The position numbers were made by a program, and so were the translations under genes. A stretch of 64,000 nt of DNA from an uncultured Clostridium sp. (GTDB lineage Bacteria; Bacillota; Clostridia; Lachnospirales; Lachnospiraceae). The notes under the pieces were generated by a model. It saw only the letters and a list, made by a program, of their open reading frames with translations, was not told the DNA's origin and did not search any database. Positions within the stretch are counted from its first letter, which is position 1. Every line of letters starts with the position of its first letter. The DNA lies in NCBI GenBank assembly GCA_900542035.1, contig UQMJ01000011.1, forward strand, positions 4,993 through 68,992, written 5' to 3'. Shown piece by piece: positions 55,798 to 64,000 of this stretch.

Positions 55798-56316
55798 ATG
55801 GCAAAAGTTGGAATTGTAATGGGAAGTGACTCAGATATGCCGGTTATGGCAAAAGCGGCAGAGGTATTAGAAGAGTTGGGCGTAGAGTTTGAAATGACGA
55901 TTATTTCTGCCCACAGAGAGCCGGACGTATTTTTTGAATATGCAAAATCAGCAGAGAGCAAAGGCTTTCAGGTTATTATTGCAGGAGCAGGAAAGGCAGC
56001 CCATCTTCCAGGTATGTGCGCCGCTATTTTCCCTATGCCGGTAATTGGAATCCCGATGAAGACTTCTGATCTGGGCGGCGTAGATTCTTTATATTCCATC
56101 GTTCAGATGCCGTCTGGCATTCCGGTGGCAACCGTCGCAATCAATGGCGGCGCCAATGCCGGTATTCTGGCAGCAAAGATTCTGGCAACTTCCGACGCAG
56201 CGCTGCTTGGCAGACTGAAAGAGTATTCTGCAAAGTTAAAAAGCGATGTAGAAAAGAAGGCGGAAAAACTGGATGAAATCGGATATAAAGAGTATCTGGC
56301 ACAGATGAAGAAGTAA
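55798..56316 (+). CDS. purE: 5-(carboxyamino)imidazole ribonucleotide mutase
   Basis: VGIVMGSDSDMPVM...SAHR...AGKAAHLPG. RBS AAAGGAGG. Confidence 0.95.
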   Translation: MAKVGIVMGSDSDMPVMAKAAEVLEELGVEFEMTIISAHREPDVFFEYAKSAESKGFQVIIAGAGKAAHLPGMCAAIFPMPVIGIPMKTSDLGGVDSLYSIVQMPSGIPVATVAINGGANAGILAAKILATSDAALLGRLKEYSAKLKSDVEKKAEKLDEIGYKEYLAQMKK

Positions 56317-56372
56317 TAAAGTAATGAAAACAGAACCGTCAATCGTATCAGGAATTTACAATGGAGGAAGTT

Positions 56373-57404
56373 ATGGATTACAAGAAATCTGGAGTTGATA
56401 TTGAGGCAGGATACAAATCAGTAGAATTAATGAAAAAATTTGTTCAGGGAACCATGCGTCCAGAAGTATTAGGCGGACTGGGCGGATTTTCCGGCGCGTT
56501 TTCTTTAAATTCTTTTAAAGATATGGAAGAGCCGACCTTATTATCCGGAACAGACGGCGTGGGAACCAAATTAAAACTGGCTTTTCTTATGGATAAGCAT
56601 GATACTGTCGGAATCGACTGCGTGGCAATGTGCGTCAACGATGTAGCCTGCGCAGGCGGTGAGCCGTTATTCTTCCTGGACTATATTGCCTGCGGCAAAA
56701 ATTATCCGGAAAAAATTGCAACCATCGTAAGCGGCGTAGCGGACGGATGCAAGCAGTCAGGAGCGGCGTTAATCGGCGGCGAGACTGCAGAAATGCCTGG
56801 CTTCTATCCGGAAGACGAGTACGATCTGGCTGGATTTGCAGTGGGAATTGTCGATAAGAAAGACTTAATTACCGGCGAAAACCTGGCTGCCGGAGACGTT
56901 CTCATCGGTATGGCATCTACCGGCGTCCACAGCAACGGCTTTTCATTAGTCCGTAAAGTATTTGAAAAGGAACTGACGAAAGAGGGATTAAATACTTACT
57001 ATGACGAGCTTGGCAAAACCCTTGGCGAAGCTCTGATTGCTCCGACCCGTATCTATGTAAAAGCTCTGAAACACGTAAAAGAAGCAGGCGTAAAGGTAAA
57101 GGCCTGCAGCCACATTACCGGCGGCGGTTTCTATGAGAACGTTCCCCGTATGTTAAAAGACGGCACCAGAGCGGTAATCAAGAAAGACAGCTATCCAGTT
57201 CCTCCTATCTTTAAGATGCTGGCAGAAAAAGGCCAGATTGAAGAGCAGATGATGTACAACACCTATAACATGGGCATCGGCATGATTGTAGCGGTTGATC
57301 CAGCAGATGTGGAGACCGCTATGGAAGCCATGAGAAAAGCCGGAGATACTCCTTATGTAATCGGTTCTATTGAGGCAGGAGAAAAGGGAGTGACATTATG
57401 CTGA
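56373..57404 (+). CDS. purM: phosphoribosylformylglycinamidine cyclo-ligase (AIR synthetase)
   Basis: [12 protein letters not shown]...GTDGVGTKL...[10 protein letters not shown]. Confidence 0.95.
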   Translation: MDYKKSGVDIEAGYKSVELMKKFVQGTMRPEVLGGLGGFSGAFSLNSFKDMEEPTLLSGTDGVGTKLKLAFLMDKHDTVGIDCVAMCVNDVACAGGEPLFFLDYIACGKNYPEKIATIVSGVADGCKQSGAALIGGETAEMPGFYPEDEYDLAGFAVGIVDKKDLITGENLAAGDVLIGMASTGVHSNGFSLVRKVFEKELTKEGLNTYYDELGKTLGEALIAPTRIYVKALKHVKEAGVKVKACSHITGGGFYENVPRMLKDGTRAVIKKDSYPVPPIFKMLAEKGQIEEQMMYNTYNMGIGMIVAVDPADVETAMEAMRKAGDTPYVIGSIEAGEKGVTLC

Positions 57405-57985
57405 AAATCGGCGTAATGGTGTCCGGAGGCGGCACCAACCTTCAGGCGATTATAGACGCCATTGAAACCGGAAAAATTACCAATACCGAAATTCGGGTTG
57501 TGCTCAGCAACAATCAGAACGCTTACGCATTAGAGCGGGCGAGAAAGGCCGGAATCGAGGCAGTATGCCTGTCTCCAAAAGATTTTCCGGACAGAGGGGC
57601 GTTTAATGAGGCTTTTCTGGAAAAAGTAGAGGAATACGACCTGGATCTGATTGTCCTGGCAGGATTTCTGGTAACTATTCCGGCCGCTATGATTGAAAAA
57701 TACCGCAGCCGGATTATCAACATCCATCCGTCCCTGATTCCATCTTTCTGCGGAGTGGGGTATTACGGATTAAAGGTTCACGAAGCAGCTTTAAAGCGCG
57801 GGGTAAAGGTAACCGGCGCAACGGTTCACTATGTCGATGAAGGCGTGGATTCCGGCCCTATTATCCTTCAGAAAGCAGTAGAGGTCAAAGAAGGAGATAC
57901 TCCTGAGATCCTGCAGCGTCGGGTCATGGAAGAAGCAGAGTGGATCATTCTGCCCCAGGCTATCAACATGATTGCCAATCAGTAA
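57398..57985 (+). CDS. purN: phosphoribosylglycinamide formyltransferase
   Basis: [13 protein letters not shown]...NIHPSLIP...[17 protein letters not shown]. Confidence 0.95.
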   Translation: MLKIGVMVSGGGTNLQAIIDAIETGKITNTEIRVVLSNNQNAYALERARKAGIEAVCLSPKDFPDRGAFNEAFLEKVEEYDLDLIVLAGFLVTIPAAMIEKYRSRIINIHPSLIPSFCGVGYYGLKVHEAALKRGVKVTGATVHYVDEGVDSGPIILQKAVEVKEGDTPEILQRRVMEEAEWIILPQAINMIANQ

Positions 57986-58008
57986 ACAGTCCATAAGGAG
58001 AGTTCATT

Positions 58009-59292
58009 ATGAAGGTATTAATCGTAGGAAGCGGCGGACGGGAACACGCCATTGCATGGAAAGTAGCCCAGAGTCCGAAGGTAGATAAAATTTATTGCGC
58101 TCCTGGAAATGCCGGCATTGCAGAATTTGCCGAATGCGTGTCCATTGGCGCTATGGAGTTTGAAAAGCTGGCAGCCTTTGCCAAAGAAAAAGAAATCGAC
58201 CTGACGGTTATCGGGATGGACGATCCGTTGGTTGGCGGCATTGTAGACGTATTTGAAGCAGAGGGCTTAAGAGTGTTCGGCCCGAGAAAAAATGCGGCGA
58301 TTCTGGAAGGCTCCAAGGCGTTTTCTAAGGATTTAATGAAAAAGTACAACATTCCCACAGCAGCATACGAGACGTTTAACAGTCCAGAAGACGCTCTTGC
58401 ATACCTGGAAACTGCCGATATGCCAATCGTGTTAAAGGCAGACGGCCTGGCGCTTGGAAAAGGCGTGCTAATCTGCAATACCAGAGAAGAGGCAAAAGAG
58501 GGCGTTAAAACCTTAATGTTAGATAAGCAGTTTGGATCTGCAGGCGACCGGATTGTGGTAGAAGAGTTTATGACTGGCCGCGAGGTGTCCGTTCTGTCTT
58601 TTGTAGACGGAACTACCATCAAAATTATGACTTCTGCCCAGGATCATAAGAGAGCGGGAGACGGAGATACCGGATTAAATACAGGCGGTATGGGAACCTT
58701 CTCTCCAAGCCCCTTCTATACAGCAGAAATCGACGCATTCTGCAAAGAACACATTTACCAGAAGACCGTAGATGCCATGAAGGCAGAAGGAAGAACCTTT
58801 CAGGGAATTATTTTCTTTGGCCTGATGCTGACGGAAAAAGGCCCGAAGGTTCTGGAATACAATGCCAGATTTGGCGATCCGGAGACCCAGGTAGTTCTTC
58901 CGCGCATGAAAAACGATATTGTGGAAGTCTTTGAAGCCTGTGTAGACGGCACGCTTGATCAGATTGACCTGGAATTTGAAGACAATGCGGCAGTCTGCGT
59001 GGTGCTGGCTTCTGAGGGGTATCCGGTAAAATATGAAAAGGGCTTTGAAGTAAAAGGCCTGGAAACCTTCAAAGAGAAAGACGGCTACTATGTGTTCCAT
59101 GCAGGAACCAGATTTGACGAAAACGGCCGTCTGGTAACAAACGGCGGCAGAGTGTTAGGCGTTACCGCCACTGGCAGAGACTTAAAAGAAGCCAGAAAAA
59201 ATGCCTATGAAGCAACCAACTGGATTGATTTTTCCAATAAGTATATGCGCCATGACATCGGCAAGGCCATCGATGCGGTTGGAGAAAAGTAG
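58009..59292 (+). CDS. purD: phosphoribosylamine-glycine ligase
   Basis: MKVLIVGSGGREHAIAWK...ATP-grasp...FNARFGDPE. Confidence 0.95.
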   Translation: MKVLIVGSGGREHAIAWKVAQSPKVDKIYCAPGNAGIAEFAECVSIGAMEFEKLAAFAKEKEIDLTVIGMDDPLVGGIVDVFEAEGLRVFGPRKNAAILEGSKAFSKDLMKKYNIPTAAYETFNSPEDALAYLETADMPIVLKADGLALGKGVLICNTREEAKEGVKTLMLDKQFGSAGDRIVVEEFMTGREVSVLSFVDGTTIKIMTSAQDHKRAGDGDTGLNTGGMGTFSPSPFYTAEIDAFCKEHIYQKTVDAMKAEGRTFQGIIFFGLMLTEKGPKVLEYNARFGDPETQVVLPRMKNDIVEVFEACVDGTLDQIDLEFEDNAAVCVVLASEGYPVKYEKGFEVKGLETFKEKDGYYVFHAGTRFDENGRLVTNGGRVLGVTATGRDLKEARKNAYEATNWIDFSNKYMRHDIGKAIDAVGEK

Positions 59293-59305
59293 GAGTTGGT
59301 GTTCG

Positions 59306-59950
59306 GTCCTATTTCAATCGGAAACAGGGATATTTTTCGGAAACAGAAAATTTGAAAAAAGGCAGTTTTAAGGAAACTTTTCCTATTTCAATCGGAAACA
59401 ATGCAGCGAAAAACTCAGGGCCGTAATTCCCATTATATCGGAAATAAAGAGCAAAAACACATATGTCATAACAAATCGGAAAAGACCATGGACAGTCGGA
59501 AAACCCTGACTGGCTGTGGTCTTTCTCTTTTCTACAGCAAAAAAATATATTGTGCCGCAGCAGGTACGAAAAATGGGAAAAGTGTTTTTAGACAGCCGCT
59601 TGTTTCTTTTCTAATAGGAAAAGTCGAAAATTCAGAAAACGCCTGTTTCCTTTTGAAATGGAAATGCGATTTTTTCAAAAAATGCGTCTTATTTCCGTTT
59701 GAAATGGGAAAAGGACGAAAATTGGCATTTTTGAAAAATTTCCCATTGTATCAGAAACAAGGGTGTAAAATTTCGAAATATTTTCCTATTGCAATGGAAA
59801 CAGGAGGCCGAAATCGAAAAAACTCAATTCCCATTATACCGGAAACAAAAGGGTAAAATTGCGATTTTCGGATTCCTATTGTATCGGAAACAGGGAGTGC
59901 TTTTGCAATCATATAGTCGTTTTCGAAAAATAAAAAATTTTCAACTTTTG
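59306..59950. repeat. array of at least 10 degenerate tandem repeats (unit about 44-47 bp, core TTCC-N9-10-GGAAAC)
   Basis: Unit starts read by eye at 59306, 59380, 59427, 59608, 59646, 59692, 59739, 59783, 59828 and 59873. An example unit is ttcccattataccggaaacaaaagggtaaaattgcgattttcgga. Confidence 0.8.
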
Positions 59951-60327
59951 AAAGCGGAAGTATCTAAAAGAACAATTTATAAGGAAAATAGAAGACCATG
60001 CGGAAAACATTATGAAGGATGGCATTTTGACGGATTTACGGAAGAAGAGATCCGAAAGACAGTCATGCCCATGGGCGAGTTGACGGATGCAATAAAAAGA
60101 AGTTAATATAGCCTGAAAGGCAGCTGGAGAGATGCAAGAACTTTACCACTGCAGGCATTCGGATGCTGATGTATCGGAACTGGTACAAAGCCAGTACGAA
60201 TGTTTCGTAAAATTTGTTACAGGGGAAAATAAGTGCAGATGTTGAAACAGTTTAATTCTTTTTTGCACCTGTCGGTTGCATGACTTTTATCCTGCTTATT
60301 GATAAAATAGAGGTACTTGAAAGGAGC

Positions 60328-60432
60328 ATGATGAGTATAAATACCAAGAAAACTTTGTCAATTGGAATTTCCGACTTTTTCCTATTAAAATTGAAAACAA
60401 CAGATTTAACCAAAAAACTGATTACTGATTGA
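60328..60432 (+). pseudogene. 34-codon remnant resembling the N-terminus of PF09820-type predicted AAA-ATPases
   Basis: MMSINTKKTLSIGISDFFLLKLK... resembles the KKLPIGISDF start of that family from memory. It is truncated by a stop at 60430. Confidence 0.3.
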
Positions 60433-60510
60433 ACTACAGGTTCATGGACGCCATGGGATGAATGGTGTATGATTAAAAGCATAAGGCACGAAAAAAGGAG
60501 GTAGGAAGTC

Positions 60511-61020
60511 ATGAAATATACATCGGCAGAAGCTGCAAAGCTGCTTCGAAAACTGAACGAAGAAGTGGAAAACCTGGAAGCACAGGAGGCGAAACGCCGT
60601 GAATTTAATGCTGCAATCGGCGAGGATATCGAAACGGTACGGCCCGCATACGATTATGCAGATACTCAGAGAAAGCTGAAAGATCTGGAGAAAAAAATCC
60701 GCATGGTTAAGCATACGCTGAATTGTTTCAACTCCACTACGGAAGTACCAGGATTCGGCATGACCATTGATCAGCTTTTGGTTTATATTCCGCAGCTGAG
60801 TAGGAGAAAACAAAAACTGGCTATGATGAGTAGTTGCCTCCCAAAAGAACGGGCAAACGTATCTGGATTTGGAAGCCAGATTATCGACTACCGGTATGCC
60901 AATTATGATATTGAAGCTGTAAAAGCTGATTATCAAAGCGTATCCGACGAGCTGGCAAAGGCTCAAACAGCGCTGGATCTGGTAAATACAACAATGGAAA
61001 TGGAAATCGAGATCGATTGA
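60511..61020 (+). CDS. hypothetical coiled-coil protein
   Basis: Strong RBS AAAAAGGAGG. 169 aa with heptad-like charged N- and C-termini. Confidence 0.65.
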   Translation: MKYTSAEAAKLLRKLNEEVENLEAQEAKRREFNAAIGEDIETVRPAYDYADTQRKLKDLEKKIRMVKHTLNCFNSTTEVPGFGMTIDQLLVYIPQLSRRKQKLAMMSSCLPKERANVSGFGSQIIDYRYANYDIEAVKADYQSVSDELAKAQTALDLVNTTMEMEIEID

Positions 61021-61251
61021 TCTTTTTCCAGACGGGCGGAACTACTTATTGATGAAAGTAGTTAAGGTTTAATGTGAAAGTTTTCCGTTATTTTTCTTTG
61101 TTATCCTGTATTGGTTAAGGTTCAGAGTTTTGGATTGTAAAAGATATTTTAGCGAAAATTTCATTTTTCCGTCCGCGAAAGCTATTATCTGGAACTTATG
61201 GGTTCCGGACGGCGGCAATGGCATGGTTTCAGGCCGCATTTGAGGAGAAAT

Positions 61252-61572
61252 ATGGAGTATCAGAATTATGTTAGACTTCGCAGTTGGGTTCCGTGGAGAA
61301 GAACCTATTTTATTGTGGACACAGAAGACTATCTGGCAGACCAGCTTTTCATAGAAAAGAAAATACCCGTTTATTTTGGACGGGAATTCGTAAAAAAGGA
61401 TTCACCTTATGTGGTAATCGAAGTGAAACTTCGAAGGAAACAAGAAGCAGCCTTTTTGGAAGCGATGGAAAAACTGAAAAGAAAGATGCTGTTAATGGGA
61501 CATACCGATTATCCAGAACTCTGCATGAAAATTATGAGCTTGCAGGACAAGTTGGTTAATGTGAAAATGTAA
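61252..61572 (+). CDS. hypothetical small protein
   Basis: RBS GAGGAG then ATG at 61252. 106 aa, no recognised motif. Confidence 0.5.
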   Translation: MEYQNYVRLRSWVPWRRTYFIVDTEDYLADQLFIEKKIPVYFGREFVKKDSPYVVIEVKLRRKQEAAFLEAMEKLKRKMLLMGHTDYPELCMKIMSLQDKLVNVKM

Positions 61573-61664
61573 GAAATTTGTCCTTAGCATTTTCCGAAAT
61601 ACTGTGCTACAATACGGATATGTATAGTTGGATGGGAATCTTTTAGCTTTGAAAGGAGACCTAT

Positions 61665-61949
61665 ATGAGAGAAACAGTCTGTGTTGCGATCAAACAAAAG
61701 GAAACAGGAGAAAAGATTCGGAAGCTGATGGGGGAACATGGTTATTCCGTCAGGGACATCCAAGAGCTGATGGGATTTGAAAGTCCACGGGCAGTCTACA
61801 AATGGCTTGCCGGAGACAGCCTTCCCACTGTGGACAATCTTTTAATTCTGAGTCGGATCCTGCATACAAATATGGAAAAAATCCTCGTCTATGACGGGGA
61901 TTTTCCTATATATAGGCTTAGGAAAGAGCAGCTTGAGAAAATAGCTTGA
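61665..61949 (+). CDS. XRE-family helix-turn-helix transcriptional regulator
   Basis: GEKIRKLMGEHGYSVRDIQELMGFESPRAVYKWLAGDSLPTVDNLLILSRIL is an HTH_3 pattern. RBS AAAGGAG. Confidence 0.8.
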   Translation: MRETVCVAIKQKETGEKIRKLMGEHGYSVRDIQELMGFESPRAVYKWLAGDSLPTVDNLLILSRILHTNMEKILVYDGDFPIYRLRKEQLEKIA

Positions 61950-62732
61950 ACCGCTCACGCCTGACTGGAATCAGATGGGGATTATTCTATTTGGGGTAAT
62001 GAATCTGGAAAAGATAAAAGAAAATTACAGTAGCTTTTGCGGATTACCAGATTTGTAGCCAGGATGAATTGCGCCATTCGTGGCGGGAGCATCCCGCATT
62101 TTCCAGTGCAGCTTTAACAGTTTCTGCATAGTTTACAGTTTGCTCCTCAAAGATATGGATTGAGCCTACATGTCATTGATTCAGATTTTTTCTAACTCCA
62201 TCCTTACATCTTCAGAAATAGTTTCGCCTATTTCTAAATGAGCTGAACAACGATTGAGCGAATCCAATATTTCATTTTTTGTGACATGATTTCTGAATAC
62301 TCGCGGTCATCACTATGCAAGCAGCCATTACAAAGAGCTATTCAAATTTAAAGGGAGGCCTTGCCAACGTCGTAGCGTTGAGCTGCCTCCCTTAATGACT
62401 GATTTTTCCGTTGTCTGCCAACCGTCCGGCCCATTGTCCGACACCGTCTTTCGGATTTTGCGTGTCAGCCACACGAGCGGAATGTCCTCCACTTTCCTTC
62501 CCTTATTATATGAAAAATCCTTGAAAAATACAAGATGGAAAATTTCCGCCTTTATTTCCAAACTTTTCAATTAGGCTTGTTTCAAAAACGGAATAAGCCT
62601 ATTTTTCTGCATATAGGTATATAATAGTGAAATTTATTTTTAAAATTTCATGAAGTATATTTTCAAAGGAATTGCGTCATGATAAACTCAAAATAACCAA
62701 GATGTAGTTTTATGTTACGAGGTGGTTTAATT

Positions 62733-64000
62733 ATGAAAAAATACATATTCATCATTTTATCAACTATGTGCATGTTATTATTCATAGGATGTGGACATAA
62801 AGAAAAATATGAAATTGGGATTTTAGTACCAGCTGGCAGTACAGAAGCATTTGTGTACTCAGATGAGGAAATCCGCCCAACTGGAAACAAAATTACCATA
62901 TGGTCTGGTGCTGGTTTAGGAGATACAGAAGTTATATTAAAACCAGTTAATGAAAATGTGGAAACTGGTTATGCAGCAACCTATTTAACGCATAGTATGC
63001 CAGTTGAATTTGATACACATAATGTAAAAGACGAGTGGTTTGTGATTGGTGTATCAGAACAAAATGACTCTGACAGGTTTCCGATTGCAGTATCAGTTGA
63101 AGTAGAAGGTGTTGAAGTTAGAACTGCAGATAAAGCAGAAGTAACATTCCAAGCAACCATTCTTGAAATTAAAGATACCTGCTATTTAGTAGAGCCAGTT
63201 GAAGGTAGTCAAGAATTAAAAAGTGCAGATAAAATCACTGTTCCAATAAAGAAGCTTGATCAATCTTTAGAACCAGAAGTTGGAGATGTTATTGAAATCA
63301 AATATAACGGTAAAATTGCTGAAAGTTATCCAGCCCAGATAACAGAAGTTTATGATATCAAAGTTATGAAAGAAGCAGAGAAATGGGATTTAATTCCAAT
63401 GGTTATGGTAAACGGCGAATTATATCTGGATACAGGTCATGAAAGTTCAGTGGAAGCTCGTTGTGAAATGATGGATGGAGAGATTACATCATCAGTAGAT
63501 GGAAGTGAACAGCCAACTGAAAATGATCAATCCAACTTTGGTACAGGTTTTGGATATCAATATGGTTCACAAGAAGGTCTAATTGAGATTTTTATGAATG
63601 ACAAATGGTGGGGATTTGCAACTGAAAAAGTTTTAGCTAGTAGTCAAATGATAATAGAGCCAGAAACAACCGATGAAATCATTACATACAACGGAAAAGA
63701 ATATAAAAAATCCGAATTGTGTAATGCTACATTAAAATGGTTAGAATTATCCAAAGAAGAAAAGATGTTATCATCCTATTTCCCACCAGAATTTGTGATA
63801 ATTGATGAAAACTGGGGCATCACTTTAACGGCAGAAAACATTACTCCAACGGGGGCAACAATCAAATGTACGCAATCAAGCGGAAAACCTACAGGAGAAT
63901 TACAAACAGGCAGCGGGTATATTGTAGAAAATTGGACGCAGGAAAATGGCTGGAAAGAAATGCCATATGTGATAGACGGTGAAATAGGCTGGACAGCTGA
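62733..64000 (+). CDS. lipoprotein of unknown function (5' partial view; the ORF runs off the window end)
   Basis: RBS GAGGTGG then ATG at 62733. MKKYIFIILSTMCMLLFIGCG lipobox. The frame stays open for 422 codons to position 64000. It is absent from the ORF track because no stop lies in the window. Confidence 0.75.
   Translation, partial: MKKYIFIILSTMCMLLFIGCGHKEKYEIGILVPAGSTEAFVYSDEEIRPTGNKITIWSGAGLGDTEVILKPVNENVETGYAATYLTHSMPVEFDTHNVKDEWFVIGVSEQNDSDRFPIAVSVEVEGVEVRTADKAEVTFQATILEIKDTCYLVEPVEGSQELKSADKITVPIKKLDQSLEPEVGDVIEIKYNGKIAESYPAQITEVYDIKVMKEAEKWDLIPMVMVNGELYLDTGHESSVEARCEMMDGEITSSVDGSEQPTENDQSNFGTGFGYQYGSQEGLIEIFMNDKWWGFATEKVLASSQMIIEPETTDEIITYNGKEYKKSELCNATLKWLELSKEEKMLSSYFPPEFVIIDENWGITLTAENITPTGATIKCTQSSGKPTGELQTGSGYIVENWTQENGWKEMPYVIDGEIGWTA

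Noticed and set aside
59306-59950. Possible degenerate CRISPR array (repeats ending in GGAAAC).
   Set aside because: The period is only ~45 bp. The would-be spacers are also related to each other, the repeats are not identical, and no cas genes are in view. A minisatellite or binding-site array fits better.
59401-60106. ORF-track ORFs 59401-59856 and 59789-60106 downstream of purD.
   Set aside because: They are translations of the ~45-bp tandem repeats, with low-complexity K/F/G/E/N-rich sequence and no RBS. Only the last ~35 codons before 60106 look protein-like, and these are probably a gene remnant.
61980-62570. Minus-strand protein-like fragments (for example ...NEILDSLNRCSAHLEIGETISEDVRMELEKI, ...SIHIFEEQTVNYAETVKAALENAG..., and the 80-aa ORF 62328-62570).
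   Set aside because: They are interrupted by stops and frameshifts, lack starts and RBSs, and I cannot assign a family. I treat them as decayed remnants rather than genes.

Overview
This is a 64-kb chromosomal window from what looks like a spore-forming Firmicute. Gene content and order are Clostridia/Lachnospiraceae-like, but the taxon cannot be proven from sequence alone. Most of the window is ordinary core metabolism in tidy operons: ilvN-ilvC, a Mn2+ (yybP-ykoY type) riboswitch with a P-type ATPase, lysR/leuCD, deoB-deoC-pdp, pckA, hflKC, iorAB, a 6S-like RNA, rpsO-pnp, pyrF-pyrK-pyrD-pyrE and purE-purM-purN-purD. There are also envelope and spore-related genes (a SleB-type hydrolase, a SpoIID/LytB protein, an M14 peptidase). 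The main finding is a sleC-type spore cortex-lytic enzyme gene (minus strand, 6189-9132) split in frame by a 1,675-bp insertion. The insertion is bounded by direct copies of TTGGATG and carries only a large serine recombinase and a tRNA-Glu(CUC) that has its own promoter and terminator. It looks like a minimal skin-type developmental intervening element, or alternatively a recent gene disruption. The second finding is that the core genome ends downstream of purD in a ~650-bp array of degenerate ~45-bp tandem repeats. This is followed by an AT-rich stretch of gene fragments, three small genes including an XRE regulator, and a lipoprotein gene that runs off the window end and is absent from the ORF track. 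The first 6 kb (two phosphoesterases, a CUT1 sugar ABC importer and LacI) is also visibly more AT-rich than the core. Many ORF-track starts are over-extended, some lying inside recognisable promoters, so I give RBS-supported starts instead.
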